Source: an uncultured archaeon (GTDB lineage Archaea > Asgardarchaeota > Thorarchaeia > Thorarchaeales > Thorarchaeaceae). Taken from it: a stretch of DNA of 39,117 bases. Shown in pieces: positions 28,624 to 38,644 of the stretch. Under the pieces are notes generated by a model. The model ran no database searches. It was not told where the DNA came from and was given only the letters and a program-made list of their open reading frames with translations. The stretch spans positions 1 through 39,117 of the forward strand of contig CAZSWP010000034.1 in the NCBI GenBank assembly GCA_964610875.1, in the 5' to 3' direction. The first letter of the stretch is position 1; the number at the start of each line of letters is the position of its first letter. The translations under genes were made by a program, and so were the position numbers.

Positions 28624-30264
28624 ATGACGAACAGGATCAACGCTATACGACCGAACGAACCTGACCTCTCAAAAATAAAAATGGTGACCGACCAATCTGA
28701 GATCACCGACACATATGCACTCTACTTGGATGATGAAAGTCATTCCTTTGATGGGGAGGCAGATGCAATAGCTTTTCCAAATACAGAAGCAGATGTGGCA
28801 GCCATACTCGAAGATGCAAATAATAGAGGAATCCCAGTCACCATTCAAGGGGGAAGAACTGGACTTACTGGAGCAGCCGTCCCATTGGGAGGTATTGCTC
28901 TCAACCTTGAAAAGATGAATGAGATTCTCTATATGCGCTATAAAGAAGGAGAAGAAACATATTCTATTGCAGCAGAAGCAGGAGTTCTACTTGAGGACCT
29001 TGTGAAGATTCTCACTAGCAAAGATGTGAAAGCTCTTGAGGGAAAAGAATCCGATGAGTCCGATGCCGCTCTGCAACGTTTTACCAATGATTCGAAGACT
29101 TATACATTTCCAGTTGATCCTACAGAGATGAGTGCATGGCTTGGTGGTATCACTGCATGCAATGCATCAGGTGCACGGACCTTCAAATATGGGGCAATAC
29201 GACCGTGGGTTCGTAGAATAAGAGTCGTACTAATGAATGGCGACATTCTTGATATTAAGAGAGGCGAAGTTTTTGCAAATGAGGGCGTCTTTGAGATTAA
29301 ACTCACAGATGGTAGTGTAGTTGAAGTCAAAGTACCAACCTATGAGATGCCAAAGACAAAGAATGCAGCAGGACTGTTTGCTAAACCAGACATGGACCTC
29401 ATTGATCTTTTCATCGGTTCCGAAGGAATTCTTGGAGTAATTACAGTAATAGAACTAGGTCTAGTAAGCCTTGCAGAAAATATCATGACTGTGATGGCAT
29501 TCTTTCCGAGCGAAGCAGATGCAGTAAATTTCGTATATGAAGTGAGAGCAGATGACTCACCAGTAAAGATGGATTTCTTGGAATATTTCGGGCCAAACGC
29601 TTTGAAAATGATTCGTGGGAAAGCTGCATCAACTGGGATCACAGTACCTGCATTAACCGATGCAACTCAAGCCATTGTTTTCTTTGAGTTCGAATACACT
29701 GAGGAGAACATGGAAGAACTAATCATGAGCCTTGAGATGATACTCAACAGCCATAACTCCTCGTCAGAGTCAAGTTGGGCAGGTATGGACAGGACCGAAC
29801 TTGAGAAAATGAAGACAGTCCGACATTTTGTGCCAGAAACAGTAAACGGTCTTATTGCACAGCGAAAGGCTCAGTATCATGAAGTCCACAAGATAGGAAC
29901 AGATATGGCAGTGCCAGATGATGCGTTACGGGATTATCTGAAGTTCTATCGCGAGCATCTAGAGGCACAAGAGATGGAGTATGTCATCTTTGGGCATATA
30001 GGAGACAATCATCTGCATGTCAATATGATTCCAAGAAACAATGAGGAAGTCAAACAAGGCATGGACAACTACATGATGTTTGCAAAAAAGGCTGTGGAGT
30101 TAGGTGGCACTGTTGCTGCAGAACACGGAATTGGTAAGCTCAAGCGTAGTTTTCTACAGGTCATGTATGGAGAGGAAGGTATCTCACAGATGCAGTCTGT
30201 AAAGAAAGCACTCGATCATAAGGGATTACTAAATCAAGGAAATATGATTCCGGTTCCTTCATAA
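28624..30264 (+). CDS. FAD-binding oxidoreductase (GlcD/D-lactate dehydrogenase family)
   Basis: QGGRTGLTGAAVP, FIGSEGILG, FGHIGDNHLH and AEHGIGKLK motifs. Confidence 0.92.
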   Translation: MTNRINAIRPNEPDLSKIKMVTDQSEITDTYALYLDDESHSFDGEADAIAFPNTEADVAAILEDANNRGIPVTIQGGRTGLTGAAVPLGGIALNLEKMNEILYMRYKEGEETYSIAAEAGVLLEDLVKILTSKDVKALEGKESDESDAALQRFTNDSKTYTFPVDPTEMSAWLGGITACNASGARTFKYGAIRPWVRRIRVVLMNGDILDIKRGEVFANEGVFEIKLTDGSVVEVKVPTYEMPKTKNAAGLFAKPDMDLIDLFIGSEGILGVITVIELGLVSLAENIMTVMAFFPSEADAVNFVYEVRADDSPVKMDFLEYFGPNALKMIRGKAASTGITVPALTDATQAIVFFEFEYTEENMEELIMSLEMILNSHNSSSESSWAGMDRTELEKMKTVRHFVPETVNGLIAQRKAQYHEVHKIGTDMAVPDDALRDYLKFYREHLEAQEMEYVIFGHIGDNHLHVNMIPRNNEEVKQGMDNYMMFAKKAVELGGTVAAEHGIGKLKRSFLQVMYGEEGISQMQSVKKALDHKGLLNQGNMIPVPS

Positions 30265-30528
30265 GAACTGAGATTCTACTTCCATTATCTTCTCACAAAG
30301 ATCAGGTTCTTCCTCACATAACCGTTCCATATCCCTGACACCCATCTCGTCCCAATAGGTGCCAAGAAGATCTCTAGTTGATGCATTACTTCCTTTATCA
30401 CATTCAATAATTGTGTTTTTGATGTCCTTGACCAAGTTCTCAACAGTTTTTTTTCTTATACGTATACGTGCCCAAAAATCACACAGTTTCCCACGACATG
30501 GACCTTTTACCATAACACACCAGGCCAA
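30259..30528 (-). CDS. Small Cys-rich hypothetical protein
   Basis: 89-aa ORF starting WCVMVKGPCRGKLCDFW; fills the intergenic gap. Confidence 0.6.
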   Translation of the reverse strand: MAWCVMVKGPCRGKLCDFWARIRIRKKTVENLVKDIKNTIIECDKGSNASTRDLLGTYWDEMGVRDMERLCEEEPDLCEKIMEVESQFL

Positions 30529-30669
30529 GATAAAATCAAACTCCGTCGATTATCTCGCCCAAGATGATAGTATCTTAAGGATTCCTTTTGTGGACATTCT
30601 GACTAGCACCGCATCATCATCTTTTTGTTGTAGTACCAACCAGACAGAGGGAGAGGTAGAAAATATTCA

Positions 30670-32193
30670 TTGACTGAAGGTGATGATGGCATCTCAAAGG
30701 AAGACCGAAATCGTGCATTTGGTCTATTGATGCGCCAAGGGGTGTTCACCCAGATTAGACTCACATTGACAGAGGGGGTCTTCTTGGTTGCTTTTGCAAT
30801 TTTACTTGGTGCACCAAATACCATTCTTGGATTATTAGCAGCACTTCCAGCATTTGCCCAGCTCCTTCAGATTCCTTCTGTGATACTGGTAGAAAAATAT
30901 CAAATGAGAAAAAGACTGGATATACTAACCTCAAGTGCAAATCGTCTTGCTATTTTACTGATGGCACTGATACCATTTATCACAACATCTGAGAATGGTC
31001 TCGTTCTACTTGTTATAGCAGTAGGACTCCAAGCATCATTTATAGCAATTGGATCACCTAGTTGGAACTCTTGGCTTCGAGAATTAGTACCAAGAGAACA
31101 GCTGGGTAGATTCTTTTCCAGACGAATGACTCTAATGACTGCCGTTGGAATACCAATATCACTAATAGCTAGTCTCTTCATCGATTTCTGGGTCCTTAGC
31201 AATCCAACAACACCTCTCATCGGGTATTCGGTTCTCTTTGGTATGGCATTCATGGGAGGTGTCTGTGGAACATGGTATATGTCCAGAATCCCAGAACCAA
31301 AACATGAGGCAACTGTTACGCAAAAAAGTATTCGAAATCTACTACTAACTCCTTATAATGACAGGAATTTCTCCAATCTTATGGCATTCTCTTTTGCTTG
31401 GACATTTTCAACAGCAATAGCAGCACCCTTCTTCACAGTCTATATGCTATCAAAACTAAACTTAGCTATCTTTGTAGTAGTAATATTCAGTGTACTCACC
31501 CAAATTGTATCTATTGTATTTTTCAGATTCTGGGGACGTATGTCAGATCGTTTCAGCAATAAATCCGTCCTACAGGTGACAGTCCCACTTTTCATGCTAG
31601 GAACGTTCCTCTGGACATTTACTACATTACCTGGATATCACATGTTCACTATACCATTACTTGTTATGATCCATCTTCTTACAGGGGTCGCTTCTGCAGG
31701 GGTGACACTAACATCAAATAACATTGGACTGAAACTTGCTCCACGTGGTAGTGCTACAACATATTTGGCTGCAAGAGGTGTACTAATAGCGATTGCAGGA
31801 ACCATAGCACCTATCCTAGGAGGAATCTTAGCTGACTTCTTCTCCTTGAGAGAACTAACTTTTGCAATAACATGGACAGCACCAGAGGGAACCATTGTCA
31901 TCAATACGTTCCATTTAGGAGGTCTTGATTTTCTCTTCATCATCTCAGTTCTTCTAGGAATTTATGCGCTTCATAGATTAGCTCTTGTGAAAGAGGAAGG
32001 AGAAGTTGATGAAAAAGTAGTTCTTGAGGCAATCATCGCTGAAACACGAAGGAATGTGAAAACACTATCAACAGTTGATGGGTTGAAACATACTTTCCAG
32101 ATGCCACTACCTGATAGACTCAAACGAAAACCAAAGAAGAACCCCAACCGAGAAAAAAAGGAAGGGTCCGTAGAGGAGCACGGACCCCAATAA
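30670..32193 (+). CDS. MFS transporter
   Basis: About 12 transmembrane segments; VPREQLGRFFSRR and WGRMSDRFSNK motifs. Confidence 0.9.
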   Translation: MTEGDDGISKEDRNRAFGLLMRQGVFTQIRLTLTEGVFLVAFAILLGAPNTILGLLAALPAFAQLLQIPSVILVEKYQMRKRLDILTSSANRLAILLMALIPFITTSENGLVLLVIAVGLQASFIAIGSPSWNSWLRELVPREQLGRFFSRRMTLMTAVGIPISLIASLFIDFWVLSNPTTPLIGYSVLFGMAFMGGVCGTWYMSRIPEPKHEATVTQKSIRNLLLTPYNDRNFSNLMAFSFAWTFSTAIAAPFFTVYMLSKLNLAIFVVVIFSVLTQIVSIVFFRFWGRMSDRFSNKSVLQVTVPLFMLGTFLWTFTTLPGYHMFTIPLLVMIHLLTGVASAGVTLTSNNIGLKLAPRGSATTYLAARGVLIAIAGTIAPILGGILADFFSLRELTFAITWTAPEGTIVINTFHLGGLDFLFIISVLLGIYALHRLALVKEEGEVDEKVVLEAIIAETRRNVKTLSTVDGLKHTFQMPLPDRLKRKPKKNPNREKKEGSVEEHGPQ

Positions 32194-32218
32194 GCTAGGG
32201 ACTACTAGATAACCAATG

Positions 32219-34057
32219 TTAGATAGTGATTGATTCAGAAGTTTCTACGTTGTCACCAGATACATATTCATAGCCTGTCAGGACCAGATCTGTCACTGTA
32301 GAAGTATATGTTCCTCTACCTCCACTTTCATAGACGAAAGTGACAGTACCATCTGAGCCTGTGTCAGCAGATCCTGTTGCATGGGAGCCTGATGGTAAGG
32401 TTATATCTAGATAGACAGTGACTCCGGCTAATGTATTCCCAAAGCCATCATGCACGGTCACTTTCGTATAAACATCATACCATCTCCAGAACCAGAATCC
32501 AAACGACTCGTACCACATCTCAATTGAAGCAACATGCATAGTATCAGTCGTTCCACCACCATTGTTGACAGTCACTGAGTTTGTATCAGTAGTGGTCTGA
32601 CTTGCTGTATCGGTAGCTCTCGCACTTACATCATGACTGCCATCTGCATAAGCAGTTGTGTCCCAGTCATAATAGTAGTATGAACCATCCCAATTGGTGG
32701 TGATATCAATCCAAGTCCCTGAATCGATTTGTACCTCTACCTTTGACACGGCGTCATCATCACTCGCAGAAACCAGAATGCGATGTGTACCTGATACAGT
32801 TGCACCAGAAGCTGGGTCATAGATTGAACAGCTCGGCGGATTATCTGTTGGACCACCACCAGCTGCTGCTACTGCATCCTCAGCATTAACCTCTCCATAA
32901 CCATAGTACTGGTCCCAACCGGAACTTCCAAGGTCTACAGAACTCGTGTGGAGAATATCTCTGACCTGAGTAGGCGTCAATGAGGGATTTGCATCAAGAA
33001 CAAGTGCAACAACACCAGCAGCCATTGGACAAGCCATAGATGTGCCGCTCATCTCATCGTAATTCTTACTCATGCCACCGTACCACCATTGATTCAGTGT
33101 CACGGTATATGTAGGCATAGTGCTGTAGATATCTACTCCGGGAGCTACCACTTCTTGTTCTGGTCCATAATTGCTGAAGCTAGCAAGGCTGTGACTCGAA
33201 TCAATGGCCCCTACTGCAATTGCATCATCATACTTTGCAGGATATGATATCGTGCCTTTTCCATCATTTCCAGACGCAGCAAGAACAACAACACCAGCAT
33301 CAAAAGCACGAGAAACTGCTGCATCAAAGGACGAGTCATAACTACCGCCCCCGAGGCTCATTGAAATAACATCGATTCCATTATCAATTGCCCAATCGAT
33401 TCCTGCAATAATGTCACTTGTTGACCCTGAACCTTGGTTGTTCAATACTCTGACTGCATAGATACTTGCATGTGGTGCGACTCCTATGACTCCAACACCA
33501 TTGTCTTCAGCAGCAACTATGCCTGCACAATGAGTGCCATGACCGTGACCATCTTTTGGATCAGAGTCATCATCTACATAATCATAACCACCTGCATAGA
33601 CATCATCCAAATCAGGATGTGTATAGTCAATACCAGTATCAAGGATTGCTACCTTAACACCATCACCAGCAATATTCCCAGGAACAACATCCACTGCGTT
33701 CTCAACACCACCCCATACGACTTCAGCGTCAACATCATCAACGCCCCAATCAAGTGTGTCTTGCAGTAGACTCATTTCTCCATCAATTGTGATTGACTCT
33801 ACAAACCAAGAGTCTTTCAAGGATTCAAAGAGAAATAGTGGCATTCTTGCAGCTATCCCATTTATTGATGAGTATTGATGTACTATCTCTACATCTCTCA
33901 AATTTACATCAATGCCAGGTCTAAAGATGACCACAGCATCTATCATCTGTCCTTGTGTTGTACTCACAGGCCCCGCCATTACAGAAGATGAACTAGCTAG
34001 AATAAGCAGGGGAAGTAAGACTACTGCCACAAGGGTCAGTCGTTTCCTACAACTCAT
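32219..34057 (-). CDS. Secreted S8 subtilisin-like serine peptidase with C-terminal Ig-like domains
   Basis: Signal peptide, propeptide, catalytic AILDTG / HGTHCAG / GTSMACP, and Thr-rich beta-domain tail. Confidence 0.95.
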   Translation of the reverse strand: MSCRKRLTLVAVVLLPLLILASSSSVMAGPVSTTQGQMIDAVVIFRPGIDVNLRDVEIVHQYSSINGIAARMPLFLFESLKDSWFVESITIDGEMSLLQDTLDWGVDDVDAEVVWGGVENAVDVVPGNIAGDGVKVAILDTGIDYTHPDLDDVYAGGYDYVDDDSDPKDGHGHGTHCAGIVAAEDNGVGVIGVAPHASIYAVRVLNNQGSGSTSDIIAGIDWAIDNGIDVISMSLGGGSYDSSFDAAVSRAFDAGVVVLAASGNDGKGTISYPAKYDDAIAVGAIDSSHSLASFSNYGPEQEVVAPGVDIYSTMPTYTVTLNQWWYGGMSKNYDEMSGTSMACPMAAGVVALVLDANPSLTPTQVRDILHTSSVDLGSSGWDQYYGYGEVNAEDAVAAAGGGPTDNPPSCSIYDPASGATVSGTHRILVSASDDDAVSKVEVQIDSGTWIDITTNWDGSYYYYDWDTTAYADGSHDVSARATDTASQTTTDTNSVTVNNGGGTTDTMHVASIEMWYESFGFWFWRWYDVYTKVTVHDGFGNTLAGVTVYLDITLPSGSHATGSADTGSDGTVTFVYESGGRGTYTSTVTDLVLTGYEYVSGDNVETSESITI

Positions 34058-34120
34058 TTTAATCACCGATATCCCGAGCGCGAATTTCTCAGGAGGCATC
34101 ATAGTATAACTATATTAGCC

Positions 34121-34173
34121 GCGTGCATGTTTGCCAACATATTATATAAATATAACTGGCAAAATCTGCACGC
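34121..34173. promoter_or_regulatory. Extended inverted repeat bracketing a TATA tract in a divergent promoter
   Basis: GCGTGCA-TG-TTTGCCA [20-nt AT-rich spacer with TTATATAAA] TGGCAAA-ATC-TGCACGC. Confidence 0.55.
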
Positions 34174-34212
34174 AGTTTTACCACATCACTAATATATGAG
34201 GAATTTGATTTC

Positions 34213-34737
34213 ATGCAATCATGGTATTTGCATACTAGCGATGAGGAGGTGCTTTACTTGGCACAGAGAGAGAAGCTTGGTACTAGAATCGTGATGCTTG
34301 GACTAGCGTTTATGATTCTCGCACTAACAATCAATATTCCAAACGTAAATGCGTATACATCGTATTATTGCTCACGATTCAATGTCTATATTCTTGACGC
34401 GTATTATACTGATATGGATCAGGATAGTCAAGAAAATGATGTGTTTGTAACACTTGGATTCGAACTCGGATACTCTTTTATTTATGATTTCATCTACGAG
34501 ATCAGATTGACACTGCCATCAGGAGCTAGCTATAGCTATTACGTTCGAGTCCTGGCATGGAGTGATGTGATAATAATACGAAACCTGTTCTTCGACCATG
34601 CTACTGAGAGTGGAGACTATACTGTTGATGTTTTCGCAGTTATGATTTCACCAGATGTGGTTTCAGCAGAGGCTTCTGTTGTCTTTGACCCACCAGGGGG
34701 TAGTGAAGGCGGAGACCCATATTTTGGAGTATACTAG
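34213..34737 (+). CDS. Hypothetical secreted beta-rich protein
   Basis: Signal-like hydrophobic segment and Tyr/Val-rich strands. The start may be TTG 34258 after GAGGAGGTG. Confidence 0.7.
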   Translation: MQSWYLHTSDEEVLYLAQREKLGTRIVMLGLAFMILALTINIPNVNAYTSYYCSRFNVYILDAYYTDMDQDSQENDVFVTLGFELGYSFIYDFIYEIRLTLPSGASYSYYVRVLAWSDVIIIRNLFFDHATESGDYTVDVFAVMISPDVVSAEASVVFDPPGGSEGGDPYFGVY

Positions 34738-34780
34738 AAAAAGTGACACAATTGGAATTCAATTAAGGGGTACGTAAAAT

Positions 34781-35971
34781 ATGGTTGCATGGAGGGCATA
34801 TGACCTAGACCTCATTGACTATAAGATATTTTTAGAACTTCGAAAAGACCCGTTTCAGAGTAATTCTGCAATTGCTAAGACACTTGGAATGTCCGCAGAA
34901 GCAATACGTACCCGAATTCATGCTTTGAAATCAAAAGGATTTCTTAGACCAAATAGAAAAATATCTGATCCCGTTCTTGGAAATCGTGTGCAGAGTGATG
35001 TTGAGGCAATATATAACCCACATCAGATAGGACTACAGCGGGATCATGTTTTCTTTACAGAAATCGAAGATAGAAAGTCACTGAACGTATTGAAGAAAAT
35101 ATGTGATGCGCATCCTTACACACACTATCGAACAGTGGCTTACTCGGACAAAGCCACTCTTTACGTCCAATTTGATTACCCACCAAATATAGCTGAAAAA
35201 ATGAAGGTCTTTTATGGTGAGATTGGAAAGAGCGGTGTAGCACAAGGAATGGATGTCAAGCATGCCAAATATCGTGCTAGTGCAAATCCAGACCTGAAAC
35301 AATGGGATATTAAGAAAAACAGGTGGAATGTCGAGTATGGTTCTAAATCAGGTGTGAACGAGAAGCTAAGTCGCTTGGAAAATATCTGGAGCCAGTCCCT
35401 TAATGGAATCAATGGTTATCGAGCAAATGAAGTATCAATCAATCACAACCATAATTTGGACAATTTAGATATGTGCCTTCTACGCGAACTCACAGTAAAC
35501 GCTCAGCCTAGTATCAAGGCATTAGGATTGGTCTATGATAAAGACCCAACAACGATATCGCGAAGAATTAGTAAAATAAGAGATTCTTACATCCTTCAAA
35601 ATGCCCTATATTATGACAGACGTGTGTTTGATCTCACATATAACCAAATCATCACCGGTAACTTTCGACCAGACTCAGGACTCACACCACATAGTTTGAT
35701 TCATTTTGTTGAATCGAAAGCCATGCCATTTCAGACAAGAGTTACGGCAGATGATGATACATTCATTATGTTTGTGACAACCCCACCATCTTTGGCACCA
35801 GAATACTCTGAATTCTTTTGGGAGCATGCACGAGATGTAAGCATACAGCAATTACAACTTGATGCTTCCTTCACTTACTTCTTTTATCACAAAAACTATG
35901 ATGAGAATACTGGATGGAAAGAAGACAAAGAATATGTTGTTGATGAACCGCTGAGTGTTGTAAATCTATAA
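34781..35971 (+). CDS. Lrp/AsnC-type regulator with two winged-helix domains
   Basis: LDLIDYKIFLELRKDPFQSNSAIAKTLGMS and a second LDNLDMCLLREL...DPTTISRRISKI segment. Confidence 0.82.
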   Translation: MVAWRAYDLDLIDYKIFLELRKDPFQSNSAIAKTLGMSAEAIRTRIHALKSKGFLRPNRKISDPVLGNRVQSDVEAIYNPHQIGLQRDHVFFTEIEDRKSLNVLKKICDAHPYTHYRTVAYSDKATLYVQFDYPPNIAEKMKVFYGEIGKSGVAQGMDVKHAKYRASANPDLKQWDIKKNRWNVEYGSKSGVNEKLSRLENIWSQSLNGINGYRANEVSINHNHNLDNLDMCLLRELTVNAQPSIKALGLVYDKDPTTISRRISKIRDSYILQNALYYDRRVFDLTYNQIITGNFRPDSGLTPHSLIHFVESKAMPFQTRVTADDDTFIMFVTTPPSLAPEYSEFFWEHARDVSIQQLQLDASFTYFFYHKNYDENTGWKEDKEYVVDEPLSVVNL

Positions 35972-36084
35972 AATAGTTAATTGAGAATGTGTAGAATCGT
36001 ATTATTTGGTAACTTCATTATAGTTTATAGTATAAATCGATTCAGTGAAAACGCTTTAGTACTAAAGAGAACACAATAAGGAGA

Positions 36085-36161
36085 GTGGGTTGCTAGCAGG
36101 GTTGGTCACGGTCACACATGTTCTAAGTGACCACACCCAATGACGCCTTGCCGGTACCCAC
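36085..36161 (+). ncRNA. Candidate free-standing hairpin RNA sharing motifs with the intervening elements
   Basis: Long irregular hairpin GTGGGT/ACCCAC ... GGTCAC/GTGACC with loop ACATGTTCTAA. G-U pairs favour the + strand; AT-rich TATA-like tracts lie upstream. Confidence 0.5.
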
Positions 36162-36293
36162 ACTTGTAATGATAACTTTATCATCACATCTGTTCAGAAG
36201 AACCTCTGTAATTGTACTTCTCACGATACAATTTATACTCATGTAAGATATGAGAAAGAAAGCGCATGTTTTTTCAATCTTTTCTGGTACATT

Positions 36294-37013
36294 TTGAATA
36301 TGGATAAGCTCTACAGTGATTTGGCAAAATACTATGATCTGATATATTCATTGAAAGATTATGAGGAAGAAGCTAAGAAAATACGAATATGGATTGACAA
36401 ATACAAAAAAACTGTTGATAACACGCTATTGGATGTGGCATGTGGAACAGGCGGGCACATTCAATTCCTAAAGAAGCACTATGAAGTCACAGGTATAGAC
36501 CTGAGTGAAGCCATGCTTTCTTTTGCTGAGAGAAGAAACCCAGATATTGTATTCTATAAACAAGATATGCGATGCCTAGACTTGAAATCCAAGTTTGCAG
36601 CCATCATCTGTCTATTTGGTTCTATAAGTTATCTTCTTTCAATATCTGACATAGAAGAAACAGCTATCAGTTTTTTCAAACATCTTATACCAGGAGGAAT
36701 AGCTCTAGTTGAACCAATATTCTACAAAGAAGATTACAGACCAGACCATATTGGACTCCATACCGTTGATAATCCAGATGTGAAAATCGCAAGAATCGAC
36801 ATTTCAGAAAAAAAGGAGGACTATATCATACTTGATTTTCGATATCTAATTGCTACTCCAGATGGTATAGAATATTATGAAGATCCGAACAAAATCGGAT
36901 TGATAAATAAGATTGACTTCAAGAAGACCTTCAAAAAAGCTGGTTTTGAAACTGAATTTATTGAAGGAGGATTTGGAAGGTCAGATATCCTTCTCTGTAA
37001 GAAACCAAAGTAG
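36294..37013 (+). CDS. Class I SAM-dependent methyltransferase
   Basis: YYDLIY, LLDVACGTGGH, GIDLS and QDMR motifs. Confidence 0.92.
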   Translation: MNMDKLYSDLAKYYDLIYSLKDYEEEAKKIRIWIDKYKKTVDNTLLDVACGTGGHIQFLKKHYEVTGIDLSEAMLSFAERRNPDIVFYKQDMRCLDLKSKFAAIICLFGSISYLLSISDIEETAISFFKHLIPGGIALVEPIFYKEDYRPDHIGLHTVDNPDVKIARIDISEKKEDYIILDFRYLIATPDGIEYYEDPNKIGLINKIDFKKTFKKAGFETEFIEGGFGRSDILLCKKPK

Positions 37014-37071
37014 TTGCATATCAAAGTGATGTTACAAATAAAGTAGATATGCGAGTGAACTGGTGAATTTA

Positions 37072-37323
37072 TCATTCCAGAAGATAAACTGCGTCCCCTT
37101 CACGAACTTCATCCGGGACTTTTAAGGCAACTTCTTGACCAGCTTTAGCAGAATCCACCGATTCTCTGTCAATCTCCAGACTCTTAGTTTCCATCTCAAA
37201 ATTTGTGGTCGCACCTTCAATACTAATCTTTTGTCCAGTTTTAATTGTATCATCAAGCTTGATTGCAGCTACACCAATGTTAGAAAAATATCTAGAGATT
37301 TCACCAAGTTTCTTCTTACCCAT
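37072..37323 (-). CDS. Small beta-barrel protein (U32 peptidase C-terminal / elongation-factor domain 2-like)
   Basis: GEISRYFSNIGVAAI, AKAGQEVALKV and VREGDAVY motifs. Confidence 0.82.
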   Translation of the reverse strand: MGKKKLGEISRYFSNIGVAAIKLDDTIKTGQKISIEGATTNFEMETKSLEIDRESVDSAKAGQEVALKVPDEVREGDAVYLLE

Positions 37324-37397
37324 TATAAGACCTCACTATTCATTATTAGGACCAACATTGAAAAAGTCTATGTTTTGCAATGACTTTTTCAGGCGAG

Positions 37398-38513
37398 TTA
37401 GATTTCAGGGATTTCATTTACTCTATGACAGAGCACCTTGTGTCCAGATGTAACCTCAGTATACTTTGGTTCCTTTTCCTTGCATATATCAGTGCAATAT
37501 TCACATCGTGGATGGAACAGACAACCAGATGGTCGATCCACCATACTAGGTGAAGAACCCGGAATTGGACGGAGTCTTAACCCCTTCTCCTTCATCCTTC
37601 TTATGAGTTCCATACTGGGATTACTCATGAAGAAAGCACGAGTGAAGGGATGGCGGGGAGATTTGTATACATTAAAAACATCACCAAACTCCATTAGTTT
37701 GCCAGCAGACATTATCCCAACTTTATCGCAAGTTTCACTTACAATATTTGCATCATTGGTTATCATCAACAGCGATAGACCCAATTCCTTTCTTGCAGCA
37801 TTAATCGCAGAGAGAATCTTATGTCTGACAGCCCCATCTACTGCTGTAGTCGGTTCATCGGTTATGATTAGGGAGGGACCAGTAATCAAAGCAGCAGCAA
37901 TCAATACACGTTGATCCTCACCTACACTAAGTCCTGTTGGAAACATGTCTAGTCGTATCTCTGCATCTCCAATATCAACAACATCAAGAAGTTCAAGCAC
38001 CATTTTTGCTGCTTCTTGGTTTATCATCATACCTTTGTGTTGCTGAAGAGGTTCTGCGGTTTGCGTTTCAATTGGAAGTCTTGGATTGAGTGATTTGGAT
38101 GATCCCTGTGGTACATATGTAATGGAGTTACCTCTGATTTTTCTTAATTCCTTATCACTCATAGAGAGAAGGTCCTGACCTTCAAACCATATTTCACCTT
38201 CAACTCCAGGAAGGTCGACACCTAAGTCAGCAGATGTTTTTCCCTCCTTTCTAACTTTGTCGCGTAAAGACCATAACCGCTTATTTTCAGCATCAGCGGA
38301 TGTTGAGGCATAAAATCTTGATAAATCATCAAACAGTCCCAGAATTGACATTGCTACAGAAGTCTTGCCAGCACCAGATTCACCAAGAAGACCTAGAGCT
38401 TCACCTCTCATGATTTCAAATGAAACATCATCAACAGCCTTCACGATACCCTTTTTTGAAGAATGATAGGCTTTGAGCCCCTTTACTCTTAGTACGATTT
38501 CCCCAGATTTCAT
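37398..38513 (-). CDS. OppD/DppD-like ABC ATP-binding protein (degenerate motifs)
   Basis: Walker A GESGAGKT, Walker B IITDEPT, and C-terminal GCLFHPRC..C...C..C Fe-S motif. Confidence 0.9.
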   Translation of the reverse strand: MKSGEIVLRVKGLKAYHSSKKGIVKAVDDVSFEIMRGEALGLLGESGAGKTSVAMSILGLFDDLSRFYASTSADAENKRLWSLRDKVRKEGKTSADLGVDLPGVEGEIWFEGQDLLSMSDKELRKIRGNSITYVPQGSSKSLNPRLPIETQTAEPLQQHKGMMINQEAAKMVLELLDVVDIGDAEIRLDMFPTGLSVGEDQRVLIAAALITGPSLIITDEPTTAVDGAVRHKILSAINAARKELGLSLLMITNDANIVSETCDKVGIMSAGKLMEFGDVFNVYKSPRHPFTRAFFMSNPSMELIRRMKEKGLRLRPIPGSSPSMVDRPSGCLFHPRCEYCTDICKEKEPKYTEVTSGHKVLCHRVNEIPEI

Positions 38514-38644
38514 AGTGAAATTACATACATGAAATCAAAAATAGTCTACTAACAAAGCAGCTGCAGCCAAGTCTTCTTTTTATGGATGTACTTCAAACAA
38601 TGCAACGCCTTAATCAAGAAGTTTTGTCTAAGTAATATATTGTA

